Source: an uncultured Clostridia bacterium
GTDB taxonomy: Bacteria; Bacillota; Clostridia; Oscillospirales; Acutalibacteraceae
Direction: 5' to 3'
Assembly: GCA_945876745.1 (NCBI GenBank)
Contig: CAMCPL010000008.1
Span: 8,757-72,756 of the forward strand
DNA length: 64,000 nucleotides
Positions within the stretch are counted from its first letter, which is position 1. Every line of letters begins with the position of its first letter. Below, one piece after another: positions 35,701 to 44,282 of this stretch. The translations under genes were made by a program, and so were the position numbers. Under the pieces are notes generated by a model. The model made no database searches. It saw nothing but the letters and a program-made list of their open reading frames with translations, and had not been told where the DNA came from.

Positions 35701-37338
35701 ATGAGAGAATTAGATAATTTGTGCGTTAATTGCTGGGGCGAGCTTACTTCGGGAAGCGTCTGCAATGAGTGCGGCTACGATAATGATGTAGAAAATGATA
35801 CTATGTATCTCCCTGCAAAAACAATACTTCAGGACAAATATATTGTCGGAACTGTCCAAAAGCACGACAGCGACGCCGTAACATATCTCGGCTATGACGG
35901 TCAGCTTGACAGACTTATCCTTATTCGTGAGCTTTATCCGAAGGGTATCGCAAACCGTCTTGAGGGTAATACCGATTTGCATATAAGACAGCGTTATCTT
36001 GACGAATTTGAGAATATCAAGAAATCGTATTATAAGCTGTGGACTACTCTTGAAAAGCTTCATTCGCTGTCGGCTGTAACGCCTGTTTACGATGTATTCG
36101 AGGCTAATGCAACGGTTTATGCAATTATTGAGGATATGGATTGCATTTCGCTTCGTGACTATCTTATCAGAAATGAGGCCGGCTATATTGCGTGGGAAAA
36201 TGCAAGAATTATGCTTATGCCGGTGCTCACCACTCTTGAGTCGCTTCATTCAAACGGCATTGTTCACGGTGGCGTTTCGCCCGACAATTTAATGCTTTGC
36301 CGTGACGGTAAGGTTAGGCTTGCGCCGTTTTCGATTACGCAGTCCTATGACTCGTCGAGCGTTCTTGAATTTTGCGAAAACGAGGGCTATACAGCCCTTG
36401 AGCAGTATGATAATAATCACAAAATCTGCGCCGCAACCGATATTTACAGCTTTTCTGCCTGCATATACAGGGCACTTGTCGGCACAAATCCGCCGTCAGC
36501 CGTATCTCGTGAGGCAAACGATAAGCTGATGATACCCAATGCAATCGCCGAGAATATTCCTATTCATGTAATTAAAGCGCTTGTCGGCGGCTTGCAGGTT
36601 TATCCCGAAAAGAGAATTAAAACTATTGACGCACTGCGTGAAATGCTTGACGCGGCTCCTGCCGTTCAGGCAAAAACAATTCCGCAAAAGGATATTTACC
36701 AAGAGGGTGCAACAGGAGGATATCCGGACTACAACAAGCCTACTAAGGCTGAAAAAAAGCGCAAAATTATTGCAACCATTCTTGCAGTTGCCGTTATTAT
36801 TACAATAATTGCTATTGGCGTTGTGCTTAAAACATCGGGAATTTTGAATAAACCCGTACAGGAGGAAGAGCAGTCGCAGGTTCTTGTAACTTACGAGGTG
36901 CCGAATTTTGTCAACAACGGTTATACCCAAAGTGATATCGAAAATAACGGCGCATGGAATGAGCAGTTTAATTTTGTATTCCAGGGCGAATACTCCGCCG
37001 ATACGGAGCAGGGAATTATTTTCAAGCAGAGCATTGAGCCCGGAACAAAGGTAACGCAGGGCTCGGATATAGTTTTAACCGTATCAAAGGGCGTTCAGAC
37101 CGAAAAGGTTCCAAACGTCGGCGCACTTACTATTGAAGAAGCAAAAAAGCAGCTTGAAGAGCTCGGTTTTAAGGTTACAACCGTCGAGGTTTACAACGAC
37201 GGCACTCATACAAAGGGTACCGTGAAGTCAACCACCGGCATAGCTCCGGCACCGGGTTCGGTTGTCGCAGTAGGCGAGGAGGTAATCCTGCAGGTTTACG
37301 GCGAGGTCGAAACAACCACCGAGCCCACAACCGAATAA
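35701..37338 (+). CDS. Zinc-ribbon / Hanks-type kinase-like (probably inactive) / TM / PASTA protein
   Basis: CxxC..CxxC N-terminus; kinase fold with degenerate catalytic motifs; TM helix; two PASTA repeats (VPNFV, VPNV..T.EEAKK.LE..GF.V). Confidence 0.82.
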   Translation: MRELDNLCVNCWGELTSGSVCNECGYDNDVENDTMYLPAKTILQDKYIVGTVQKHDSDAVTYLGYDGQLDRLILIRELYPKGIANRLEGNTDLHIRQRYLDEFENIKKSYYKLWTTLEKLHSLSAVTPVYDVFEANATVYAIIEDMDCISLRDYLIRNEAGYIAWENARIMLMPVLTTLESLHSNGIVHGGVSPDNLMLCRDGKVRLAPFSITQSYDSSSVLEFCENEGYTALEQYDNNHKICAATDIYSFSACIYRALVGTNPPSAVSREANDKLMIPNAIAENIPIHVIKALVGGLQVYPEKRIKTIDALREMLDAAPAVQAKTIPQKDIYQEGATGGYPDYNKPTKAEKKRKIIATILAVAVIITIIAIGVVLKTSGILNKPVQEEEQSQVLVTYEVPNFVNNGYTQSDIENNGAWNEQFNFVFQGEYSADTEQGIIFKQSIEPGTKVTQGSDIVLTVSKGVQTEKVPNVGALTIEEAKKQLEELGFKVTTVEVYNDGTHTKGTVKSTTGIAPAPGSVVAVGEEVILQVYGEVETTTEPTTE

Positions 37339-37464
37339 AAATCACATCGCAGGCTCGTCAATTGACGGGTCTGCTTTTTGGTATGGCGAAATCGGTCTTT
37401 CTGCCCGCTTCAGGCACAGTATCCGATGTCTTAAACATTTTTTTAATTTTTTCAAAAAAATCCC

Positions 37465-37493
37465 TTGACATTTCTCCCTTTGTCTGCTATTAT
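37465..37493 (+). promoter_or_regulatory. sigmaA promoter of tRNA-Asn
   Basis: TTGACA-17bp-TATTAT with extended TG. Confidence 0.75.
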
Positions 37494-37515
37494 GTATAAG
37501 CAATTGAAAAAGACA

Positions 37516-37592
37516 TTCCTCCTTAGCTCAGTCGGTAGAGCACTCGGCTGTTAACCGAGTTGTCGTTGGTTCAAGTCCAACAGGGGGAGCCA
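37516..37592 (+). tRNA. tRNA-Asn (GTT)
   Basis: Full cloverleaf: TCCTCCT/AGGGGGA acceptor, GCTC/GAGC D stem, CTCGG-CTGTTAA-CCGAG anticodon arm, GTTGG-TTCAAGT-CCAAC T arm, encoded CCA. Confidence 0.97.
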
Positions 37593-37594
37593 TG

Positions 37595-37623
37595 AAAAAG
37601 CACTTCTTCGGAAGTGCTTTTTT
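37595..37623 (+). terminator. tRNA terminator
   Basis: AAAAAGCACTTC-TTCG-GAAGTGCTTTTT. Confidence 0.9.
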
Positions 37624-37626
37624 CAA

Positions 37627-37790
37627 TGAAATTCGCCTACGGCGAGTGAAATATCCTGCGGATATGAAGTAGCTGACGCTATGAAATATTTGCTTCGCAA
37701 ATGTGATAGGCGAATTTTACTTCTCATTTTGTCGCTAGACAAAATATTTCATAATCGTCAGATTATTTCATATTGCGTAGCAATATTTCA
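37627..37790. repeat. Array of seven short hairpins with TGAAA / TTTCA linkers in mirror arrangement
   Basis: 4x TGAA(A/G)+hairpin, then a 23-bp centre, then 3x hairpin+TTTCA. Confidence 0.85.
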
Positions 37791-37822
37791 TTATATATGT
37801 TGTAATGTTATCGGTGATGGAG

Positions 37823-38170
37823 ATGAAAGAGAACAAGCTTGTTGATTTATCAATGGATTTTGCGGTAAACATAATGAGAATCTGCGACAAAATCAAAGGA
37901 CATTATTCAACGGTAAATCAGTTGGAACGCTCGGGTACAAGTATCGGAGCTAATATTCGTGAAGCAAACTACGCTCACAGCAAGAATGATTTTATTGCAA
38001 AACTTCAGATATCACTGAAAGAATGCTATGAAACAGAGTATTGGATTGAGCTTTTCGTTAAAGCGCAACTGCTGGATCGAGATGAAGCAAAGGTATTATA
38101 TAACGAATGCGGAACAATTAGAAGATTGCTTGTTGCCTCTATTAACACTGCTAAGGAGAATATGAAATGA
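37823..38170 (+). CDS. Four-helix-bundle protein (23S rRNA IVP / Avd-like, TIGR02436 type)
   Basis: QL.RSGTSIGANI.EA..A.S..DFI.KL.I..KEC.ET.YW.EL signature; start probably ATG 37823. Confidence 0.9.
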   Translation: MKENKLVDLSMDFAVNIMRICDKIKGHYSTVNQLERSGTSIGANIREANYAHSKNDFIAKLQISLKECYETEYWIELFVKAQLLDRDEAKVLYNECGTIRRLLVASINTAKENMK

Positions 38171-38204
38171 ATTGCAATAAGTAGCTTTTTCGTTACAAAA
38201 ACAT

Positions 38205-38243
38205 AAATCCCCAAAGACTTCACATTGTCTTTGGGGGCTTTTT
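38205..38243. terminator. Bidirectional terminator
   Basis: CCCCAAAGAC / GTCTTTGGGG stem with A- and T-rich flanks. Confidence 0.75.
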
Positions 38244-39432
38244 AATACTCATATTTCCCGTGAGGGGTGGAATTGAATTTATCAATAACAACCTGATATC
38301 TATTATATGCATTCTTAATGCTTTCGTCCCAGCTGATGTAGATATCGTTTTGCGCCTTTTTGCCTACGCGGCAAAGCAGGTCTTTATTGTCGATGACATT
38401 GTCAATTACCCTTGCAACGCTGCGTGATGTTTCAAGGCAGAGGAAGCCTGTTTGAGCGTCTTTTATTCCCTCGCCTGCGCACGAGCCTGCAACAACGAGT
38501 GCAGGAGTTGCGCTTGCCGCCGCCTCACGAACAACAAGACCGTTTGTATCAAACGTGCTCGGGAACACAAGCAAATCGGCGGTACCGTAGTAAATTTGAA
38601 GCTCGCTTCTGTCGTCGAGATTGCCTGTGAAAATCACCTTGTCATCAAGTGCGAGCTTGCGTGTGAATTTTTTTATGGCGTTTTCGTCGGGTCCCATACC
38701 AATCATAATCATACGAAAATCTCTGCCGTCGGTTTTGAGAATTTTGCACGCTTCAAGAATGATATCAATATTTTTGTACCACATCATTCTGCCGACAAAA
38801 AGCAGAATCGGAATACCGTTTGGGATATTGTGCTTGCGCCTTATCATCGCCTTCATAGCGTCGTCGCACTCTGTTTTCGGCAGGTCGCAGCCGTTTGGCA
38901 TAACGACAAAATCGCCCTCGTAGCCGACCTTGCGAAGACTGTCCGAGGTACCCTTGCTCGTCACCCAAACCTCGTCGGCGGCCTTGATGTTATTGAGCAG
39001 CATACCGTATGCTCTGTGACGAAGTGCAAGCGACTTTACTCTGCTGTCGAAGTCGTATTCGTATTTTGTGTGGTATGTCAGAATATGAGGAATACGCTTA
39101 ATGCGGTTGATTCTTCTGAAAAAATAGCTTGTCGCAATAGGACAATGAGAATGAAGAACGTCGAAATTCCTGTTAATAATATCATCGGCGAACTGCCTTT
39201 TGAACGGCCAGCCGACAGGATAACCCTCGCCGAAGGTAAACAGGCTTTTGTATCTGTAAATTTCATAAGGAAATTTGTAGTCATAGCTATTCGGAATTTC
39301 GGGTACAACGATAGTAGCCGTGCCGAGCTTTTCGTTAATAATATCGGCATAGCATTTTGCAACCGTGCTTATTCCGTCGACAGTCGGCGGAAACGCTTCG
39401 GTTCCTATGGCAATTTTCAGACCGTTTTCCAT
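38242..39432 (-). CDS. GT4 (GT-B) glycosyltransferase, diacylglycerol glucosyltransferase-like
   Basis: FPP.VDG; H.H.P; TYHT.Y; LFVGR...KN; FPS.FDT.GLVV.EA; start revised to 39432. Confidence 0.88.
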   Translation of the reverse strand: MENGLKIAIGTEAFPPTVDGISTVAKCYADIINEKLGTATIVVPEIPNSYDYKFPYEIYRYKSLFTFGEGYPVGWPFKRQFADDIINRNFDVLHSHCPIATSYFFRRINRIKRIPHILTYHTKYEYDFDSRVKSLALRHRAYGMLLNNIKAADEVWVTSKGTSDSLRKVGYEGDFVVMPNGCDLPKTECDDAMKAMIRRKHNIPNGIPILLFVGRMMWYKNIDIILEACKILKTDGRDFRMIMIGMGPDENAIKKFTRKLALDDKVIFTGNLDDRSELQIYYGTADLLVFPSTFDTNGLVVREAAASATPALVVAGSCAGEGIKDAQTGFLCLETSRSVARVIDNVIDNKDLLCRVGKKAQNDIYISWDESIKNAYNRYQVVIDKFNSTPHGKYEY

Positions 39433-39572
39433 AGAAAATCTCCTTGAATATCTGTGCATTTGATTATACCATAAGCCGAGTTAAAAGTAAATTAAATTAT
39501 TCTAACAATTATTTATAATATTTATGTGCAGTATTACTTGATAATTGGTAAAAATTAATATATAATAAACTT

Positions 39573-39624
39573 TGATTAGGCAATAAAGTATGATTAGGCA
39601 ATAAAGTATGATTAGGCAATAAAG
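39573..39624 (+). repeat. 18-bp tandem repeat (2.9 copies) in hprK leader
   Basis: TGATTAGGCAATAAAGTA x2 plus a 16-bp partial copy, between TATAAT (39561) and the GAGGTG RBS. Confidence 0.9.
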
Positions 39625-39634
39625 AGGTGCAATT

Positions 39635-40597
39635 ATGTCGGATTATTATGTAACCTTGGATAGAATTATAGAAAACCACGAGCTTGAGATTGTATTTACG
39701 CCGAAAAACGTAAAGGAAATCAAAATTACAACAAGTGAGGTCAACCGACCGGGTATTGTGCTGACGGGCTATACGGACTATTTTGACCCGCTTAGAATAC
39801 AGATTTTAGGCTGGACGGAGTTCGGATTTTTGCTCAATATGTCCGACGGTGAAAGGCAAATGGCGCTCAGCTACTGGCTTGAACAGCACCCTGCCGCCGC
39901 CGTTGTTACAAGAGGACTTGATATTCCCGATTACTTTGTCGACGCCTGCGAGGAATATAATGTGCCGCTTCTTAAAACGAAGCAGGAAACCTCGGCGTTT
40001 TTGGCATCATTAATTGCGTTTCTTAACCGTGAGCTTGCTCCGAGAATAACGAGACACGGCGTTTTTGTCGAGGTTTACGGTGAGGGTATACTCATTGTCG
40101 GCGAAAGCGGTGCCGGCAAGAGCGAAACGGCTATTGAGCTTATTAAAAGAGGTCACCGACTGATTGCCGACGATGCTGTTGAAATACGAAAGGTCAGCGA
40201 CAATACGCTTGAGGGCTCGTCACCGAGTAATATCCGTCACTTTATCGAGGTAAGAGGTATCGGAATTATCAACGCAAGGCGAATTTTCGGTATGGGTGCG
40301 GTTAAGCCAAAGGAAAAGATTGATATGGTTATTCAGTTCGAGGCTTGGGACGCAACGAAGGCATACGACAGGCTCGGAATTGATAACGAGTATGTAAGAA
40401 TACTTGATGTTAAGGTGCCGATTATCTGTGTGCCGATTACGCCGGGTCGTAATTTAGCTGTTATTGTTGAGACTGCCGCTATGAACAACCGTCAAAAGAA
40501 GATGGGCTACAACGGTGCAAAGGAGCTTATGCACAGTCTTGGAATGGACGATATGGAGCTTACCGAAAAAGAGCTCGAAATTTGGAATAATTCGTAA
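39635..40597 (+). CDS. hprK: HPr kinase/phosphorylase
   Basis: HGVFVEVYG.G.LI.GESGAGKSETA.ELIKRGHRLIADD; PGRNLAVIVE.AAMN. Confidence 0.97.
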   Translation: MSDYYVTLDRIIENHELEIVFTPKNVKEIKITTSEVNRPGIVLTGYTDYFDPLRIQILGWTEFGFLLNMSDGERQMALSYWLEQHPAAAVVTRGLDIPDYFVDACEEYNVPLLKTKQETSAFLASLIAFLNRELAPRITRHGVFVEVYGEGILIVGESGAGKSETAIELIKRGHRLIADDAVEIRKVSDNTLEGSSPSNIRHFIEVRGIGIINARRIFGMGAVKPKEKIDMVIQFEAWDATKAYDRLGIDNEYVRILDVKVPIICVPITPGRNLAVIVETAAMNNRQKKMGYNGAKELMHSLGMDDMELTEKELEIWNNS

Positions 40598-40619
40598 ATA
40601 ATTTAAGGGGGATTTATAT

Positions 40620-41564
40620 ATGTTGAGAATCGGAATTGATTTGGGAGGAACAAACATTGTTGCCGGAGTAGTAAACGATAAGTACGAAATCATCGCAAAG
40701 GCAAAAACGCCGACTGCAATGCCTCGTACACCGGAGGAAATATTTGACGATATTGCAATGGTTTGCAAGCAGGCTATGGCTGAAGCAGGCATTACTATTG
40801 CCGATATTTATTCGGTTGGCTTGGGTACTCCGGGTACTGCAAATGCCGAGGGCGTAATTGAGTATGCGAATAATCTCGGCTTCGACCACGTTCCTGCAAA
40901 GGATATGCTTACTGAAAGACTCGGCTGCGATAAGGTTTATATAGAAAACGACGCAAACTGTGCGGCACTCGGCGAGGCTTATGCAGGCTGCGGCAACGGC
41001 GCAAAGGATTTTGTTGCCGTTACTCTCGGAACAGGCGTTGGTTCGGGTATTATCGTTGACGGTAAGATTGTTTCCGGTTCAAACAGAGCCGGCGGTGAGT
41101 GCGGCCACTCTGTAATCGTTGTTGACGGCGAGCCTTGTACCTGCGGTCGTAAGGGCTGTTGGGAGGCTTATGCTTCTGCTACTGCACTTATTAATCAGAC
41201 AAAGGCGGCTATGGTTGAATATCCTGATTCTATTATGCACGAGCTTGCGAAGGAAGAGGGCAAGGTATCGGGCAGAACCGCATTTGACGCAATGCGCAGA
41301 GGCGATATTGCCGGTATCAAGGTTGTTGATACATATATCAAGTACGTTGCGTGCGGACTTATTAACCTTGTTAATATCTTTCAGCCGGAGGTTATTTGTA
41401 TCGGCGGCGGTATTTGTAACGAGGGTGAAACGCTTCTTCGTCCGCTTCGCAGATATATCGAGAGTGAGCGTTACAGCGTTTATTCAAAAATTCAGTCGAA
41501 GATTGTCAGAGCCGAGCTCGGAAATGACGCAGGCTTAATCGGCGCGGCAATTTTAGAGGGCTGA
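40620..41564 (+). CDS. glk: ROK-family glucokinase
   Basis: GIDLGGT; ENDANCAALGE; TLGTGVG; GECGH; CTCGRKGCWE. Confidence 0.85.
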   Translation: MLRIGIDLGGTNIVAGVVNDKYEIIAKAKTPTAMPRTPEEIFDDIAMVCKQAMAEAGITIADIYSVGLGTPGTANAEGVIEYANNLGFDHVPAKDMLTERLGCDKVYIENDANCAALGEAYAGCGNGAKDFVAVTLGTGVGSGIIVDGKIVSGSNRAGGECGHSVIVVDGEPCTCGRKGCWEAYASATALINQTKAAMVEYPDSIMHELAKEEGKVSGRTAFDAMRRGDIAGIKVVDTYIKYVACGLINLVNIFQPEVICIGGGICNEGETLLRPLRRYIESERYSVYSKIQSKIVRAELGNDAGLIGAAILEG

Positions 41565-41570
41565 TACTAA

Positions 41571-42488
41571 TTGAAAACAGGTGAAATTTTGACTCAAATA
41601 ATCGAATTTTTTAAGGACAGTAAAATTTCATATAGCGAAAATGAGCCAATGAGCGCTCATACTACGTTCAAAATCGGCGGTCCGGCAAGGCTTATGGCTT
41701 TTCCTAAAAACGAATACGAGATTGCGCTGATAATAAAAAAATGCAATGAGCTTTCAAAGAGATATATCGTCGTCGGCAACGGCTCAAATCTGCTTGTTGA
41801 TGACGGCGGAATTGACGCAGTTGTAATTGCGCTCGGTAAGGATTTTGCCGAGGTTAAGCTTGTTGACGATACAACGATTTATGCCGAGGCTGGCGCACAG
41901 CTTATGAAGGTGTGCAGAGTTGCGCTTGAGAATGAGCTCGGCGGTCTGGAATTTGCCTACGGTATTCCCGGCTCGTGCGGAGGCGGAGCGTTTATGAACG
42001 CAGGTGCTTACGGCGGCGAGCTGAAGGACGTTGTTTTCAGGTGCGACCATATCGACGAAAACGGCGAAAAGGGCTTTTTGCTCGGCGAGGATATGGAGCT
42101 TTCGTACCGTCACAGCGCATATTACGACAACGACTGCGTTATTACGGGCGTGTATTTCAAGCTGAAAAAATCAGACAAACAGGAAATCAAGGCGAAAATG
42201 GACGATTTTATGCTTCGCAGAAAAACGAAGCAGCCGCTTGAATATCCGTCGGCAGGCTCAACCTTTAAGCGACCGCAGGGGTATTTTGCAGGTGCGCTTA
42301 TCGAGGAGTGCGGCTTAAAGGGCTGTTCGGTGGGCGGCGCGCAGGTCAGCACGAAGCACTCAGGCTTTGTGATTAACACAGGCTCGGCTACGTGTAACGA
42401 CGTTTTGAGCCTTTGCAAAAAGGTTGCAGATACGGTAAAAGCTCAAAAGGGCGTTGACTTGGAAATGGAAATAAGAGTAACTAAATAA
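41571..42488 (+). CDS. murB: UDP-N-acetylenolpyruvoylglucosamine reductase
   Basis: HTTFKIGGPA; GNGSNLL; GIPGS.GG..FMNAGAYG; QPLEYPSAGS.FKRP; KH.GF.IN. Confidence 0.96.
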   Translation: MKTGEILTQIIEFFKDSKISYSENEPMSAHTTFKIGGPARLMAFPKNEYEIALIIKKCNELSKRYIVVGNGSNLLVDDGGIDAVVIALGKDFAEVKLVDDTTIYAEAGAQLMKVCRVALENELGGLEFAYGIPGSCGGGAFMNAGAYGGELKDVVFRCDHIDENGEKGFLLGEDMELSYRHSAYYDNDCVITGVYFKLKKSDKQEIKAKMDDFMLRRKTKQPLEYPSAGSTFKRPQGYFAGALIEECGLKGCSVGGAQVSTKHSGFVINTGSATCNDVLSLCKKVADTVKAQKGVDLEMEIRVTK

Positions 42489-42511
42489 GATAACAAACAA
42501 GGAGGACAGTA

Positions 42512-43375
42512 ATGAAGGATATAATTTTGCTCACAGGTGTGTCGGGCGCAGGAAAATCAACGGCAATGGGCTTTATGGAGGATATCGGATATTATTGCAT
42601 AGATAATATGCCGGCGGAGCTTATAAGCACATTTATTTCATTAATCGAAAATTCGGATAGATACAGCAAGATTGCAATAGTTGCGGACGTTCGTTCAAGC
42701 GGCGTTTATACGGCGTTCAGCGACGCTGTTGCAGGCTTGGTTGACAGCTATGATTATAATGTTAAGACGATTTTCCTTGATATCAAAAATCATGTTGCGC
42801 TTAAAAGATATAAGCTCACAAGAAGAAAGCACCCGTTTGCCGACAAATTCAACGGCTCAATAGAACAGGCGCTTGAATACGAGAGAGAGGTTTTGAGCAG
42901 AGTTCGTCAAAACGCGGATTATGTTATCGATACCTCCGACCTCAATTCAAATCAGCTTCGTAACCGTCTTACTCAAATTCTTTTGGGCGACGAGAAGACT
43001 ATTATGAATATTCACGTTATGTCCTTCGGCTTTAAGCACGGAATACCGAATGACGCCGATTTCGTGCTCGACGTAAGATGTCTTCCGAATCCTTATTGGA
43101 TTGAATCTATGAGAAGCAAAACAGGACTTGACAAGGAGGTTTACGATTATGTATTCAGCTTCGACGAGTCTGTGGAGCTTTTGGAAAAACTAAAGGGACT
43201 TCTTGATTATCTCAATCCGTTGTACATAAAAGAGGGCAAAAGTCAGATAGTTATTGCAATAGGCTGTACCGGCGGCAATCACAGAAGCGTTGCGTTTGCC
43301 GAGGCGCTCAAGGATTATTTTTCAAAGAAGTGGGACAATGTTACGGTTAACCACAGAGATATAGACAGAAAATAG
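42512..43375 (+). CDS. rapZ: RNase adapter / P-loop protein RapZ (YvcJ)
   Basis: TGVSGAGKST; CIDN.P; SFGFKHG; DVR.LPNP; GCTGG.HRSV. Confidence 0.95.
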   Translation: MKDIILLTGVSGAGKSTAMGFMEDIGYYCIDNMPAELISTFISLIENSDRYSKIAIVADVRSSGVYTAFSDAVAGLVDSYDYNVKTIFLDIKNHVALKRYKLTRRKHPFADKFNGSIEQALEYEREVLSRVRQNADYVIDTSDLNSNQLRNRLTQILLGDEKTIMNIHVMSFGFKHGIPNDADFVLDVRCLPNPYWIESMRSKTGLDKEVYDYVFSFDESVELLEKLKGLLDYLNPLYIKEGKSQIVIAIGCTGGNHRSVAFAEALKDYFSKKWDNVTVNHRDIDRK

Positions 43376-43385
43376 GTAAGTAATA

Positions 43386-44279
43386 ATGTCGTTTTCATCA
43401 AGGGTTAAAAACGAATTGGTAAAAATCGAACAGGAAAACAATTGCTGTAAAAAGAGTCTTCTTTACGGAATGGCTCTTTTTTCAAAGAGCTTTAGCTTTA
43501 GGGAGATTGTTTTCCAATCGAAAAGCATCGAAACGGCGGAGCTTTTTAAGGCTCTGCTTTTTGAGCTATGCTCGGTGCAGTCGAAAATAACAGTTTCACC
43601 TGCCGGAAAAATCTATACCGTCAGCGTAAAAAAAGAAGCGAATGTATCGAAGATAATGGCGTATTTCGGCCATACAAAAAGCGAAACAAGCCTAAAAATA
43701 AATTTCTCCGTTTTTGAATGTGAGGAATGTCAAAGGGTTTTTGTCAGGGGCGCGTTTTTGGCGTGCGGCGCAGTTTCATCTCCCGAAAAGGATTATCATT
43801 TGGAGTTCAGCGTGGCGTTTATGAATTTGTCGAAAAGCCTTATTACCGCCTTGCAGGAGCTTGAGCTGCAACCGAAGCTGACGAACAGAAAGGGCTATAA
43901 TATCATATACTTTAAGGACAGCGAGGCTATTGAAGACTGTCTTTACATTATGGGCGCAAGCAAATGTATGTTCGATATGATGAACATAAAAATTGTTAAG
44001 GAAATACGAAACAGCGCAAACAGAAAGGCGAACTGCGAAACGGCAAATATTGAAAAAACGGTTGCCGCCGCTTCTCCGCAGATTGCCGCAATAATGAAAA
44101 TTCAGGACAAAAAGGGACTTGACGCATTATCCGAGCCGCTTCGCCAAATGGCAGAAATAAGGCTCGAAAACCCCGATAGCTCACTCGGTGAGCTTGCCGA
44201 AATGTTTGACCCGCCGATTAGCAGAAGCGGTGTAAATCACAGATTGTCACGACTTGTAAAAATAGCCGAGGAGTTGTAA
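43386..44279 (+). CDS. whiA: DNA-binding protein WhiA
   Basis: RGAFLA.G.V..P.K.YHLE; NR..NCETAN..K; C-terminal HTH SRSGVNHRL. Confidence 0.93.
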   Translation: MSFSSRVKNELVKIEQENNCCKKSLLYGMALFSKSFSFREIVFQSKSIETAELFKALLFELCSVQSKITVSPAGKIYTVSVKKEANVSKIMAYFGHTKSETSLKINFSVFECEECQRVFVRGAFLACGAVSSPEKDYHLEFSVAFMNLSKSLITALQELELQPKLTNRKGYNIIYFKDSEAIEDCLYIMGASKCMFDMMNIKIVKEIRNSANRKANCETANIEKTVAAASPQIAAIMKIQDKKGLDALSEPLRQMAEIRLENPDSSLGELAEMFDPPISRSGVNHRLSRLVKIAEEL

Positions 44280-44282
44280 TCA

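Noticed and set aside
37627-37790. Possible CRISPR array
   Set aside because: Linkers are only 5-6 nt, the variable parts are self-complementary 12-18-mers rather than 30-40-nt spacers, and no cas genes are present
37823-38170. Diversity-generating retroelement (because of the Avd-like protein)
   Set aside because: No reverse transcriptase and no TR/VR repeat pair seen in the window
38452-39447. 331-aa plus-strand ORF
   Set aside because: Entirely antisense to a clear GT4 gene; no RBS or recognisable motifs; typical shadow ORF
43386-44279. LAGLIDADG homing endonuclease / mobile intron
   Set aside because: It is the domesticated WhiA in its usual rapZ context
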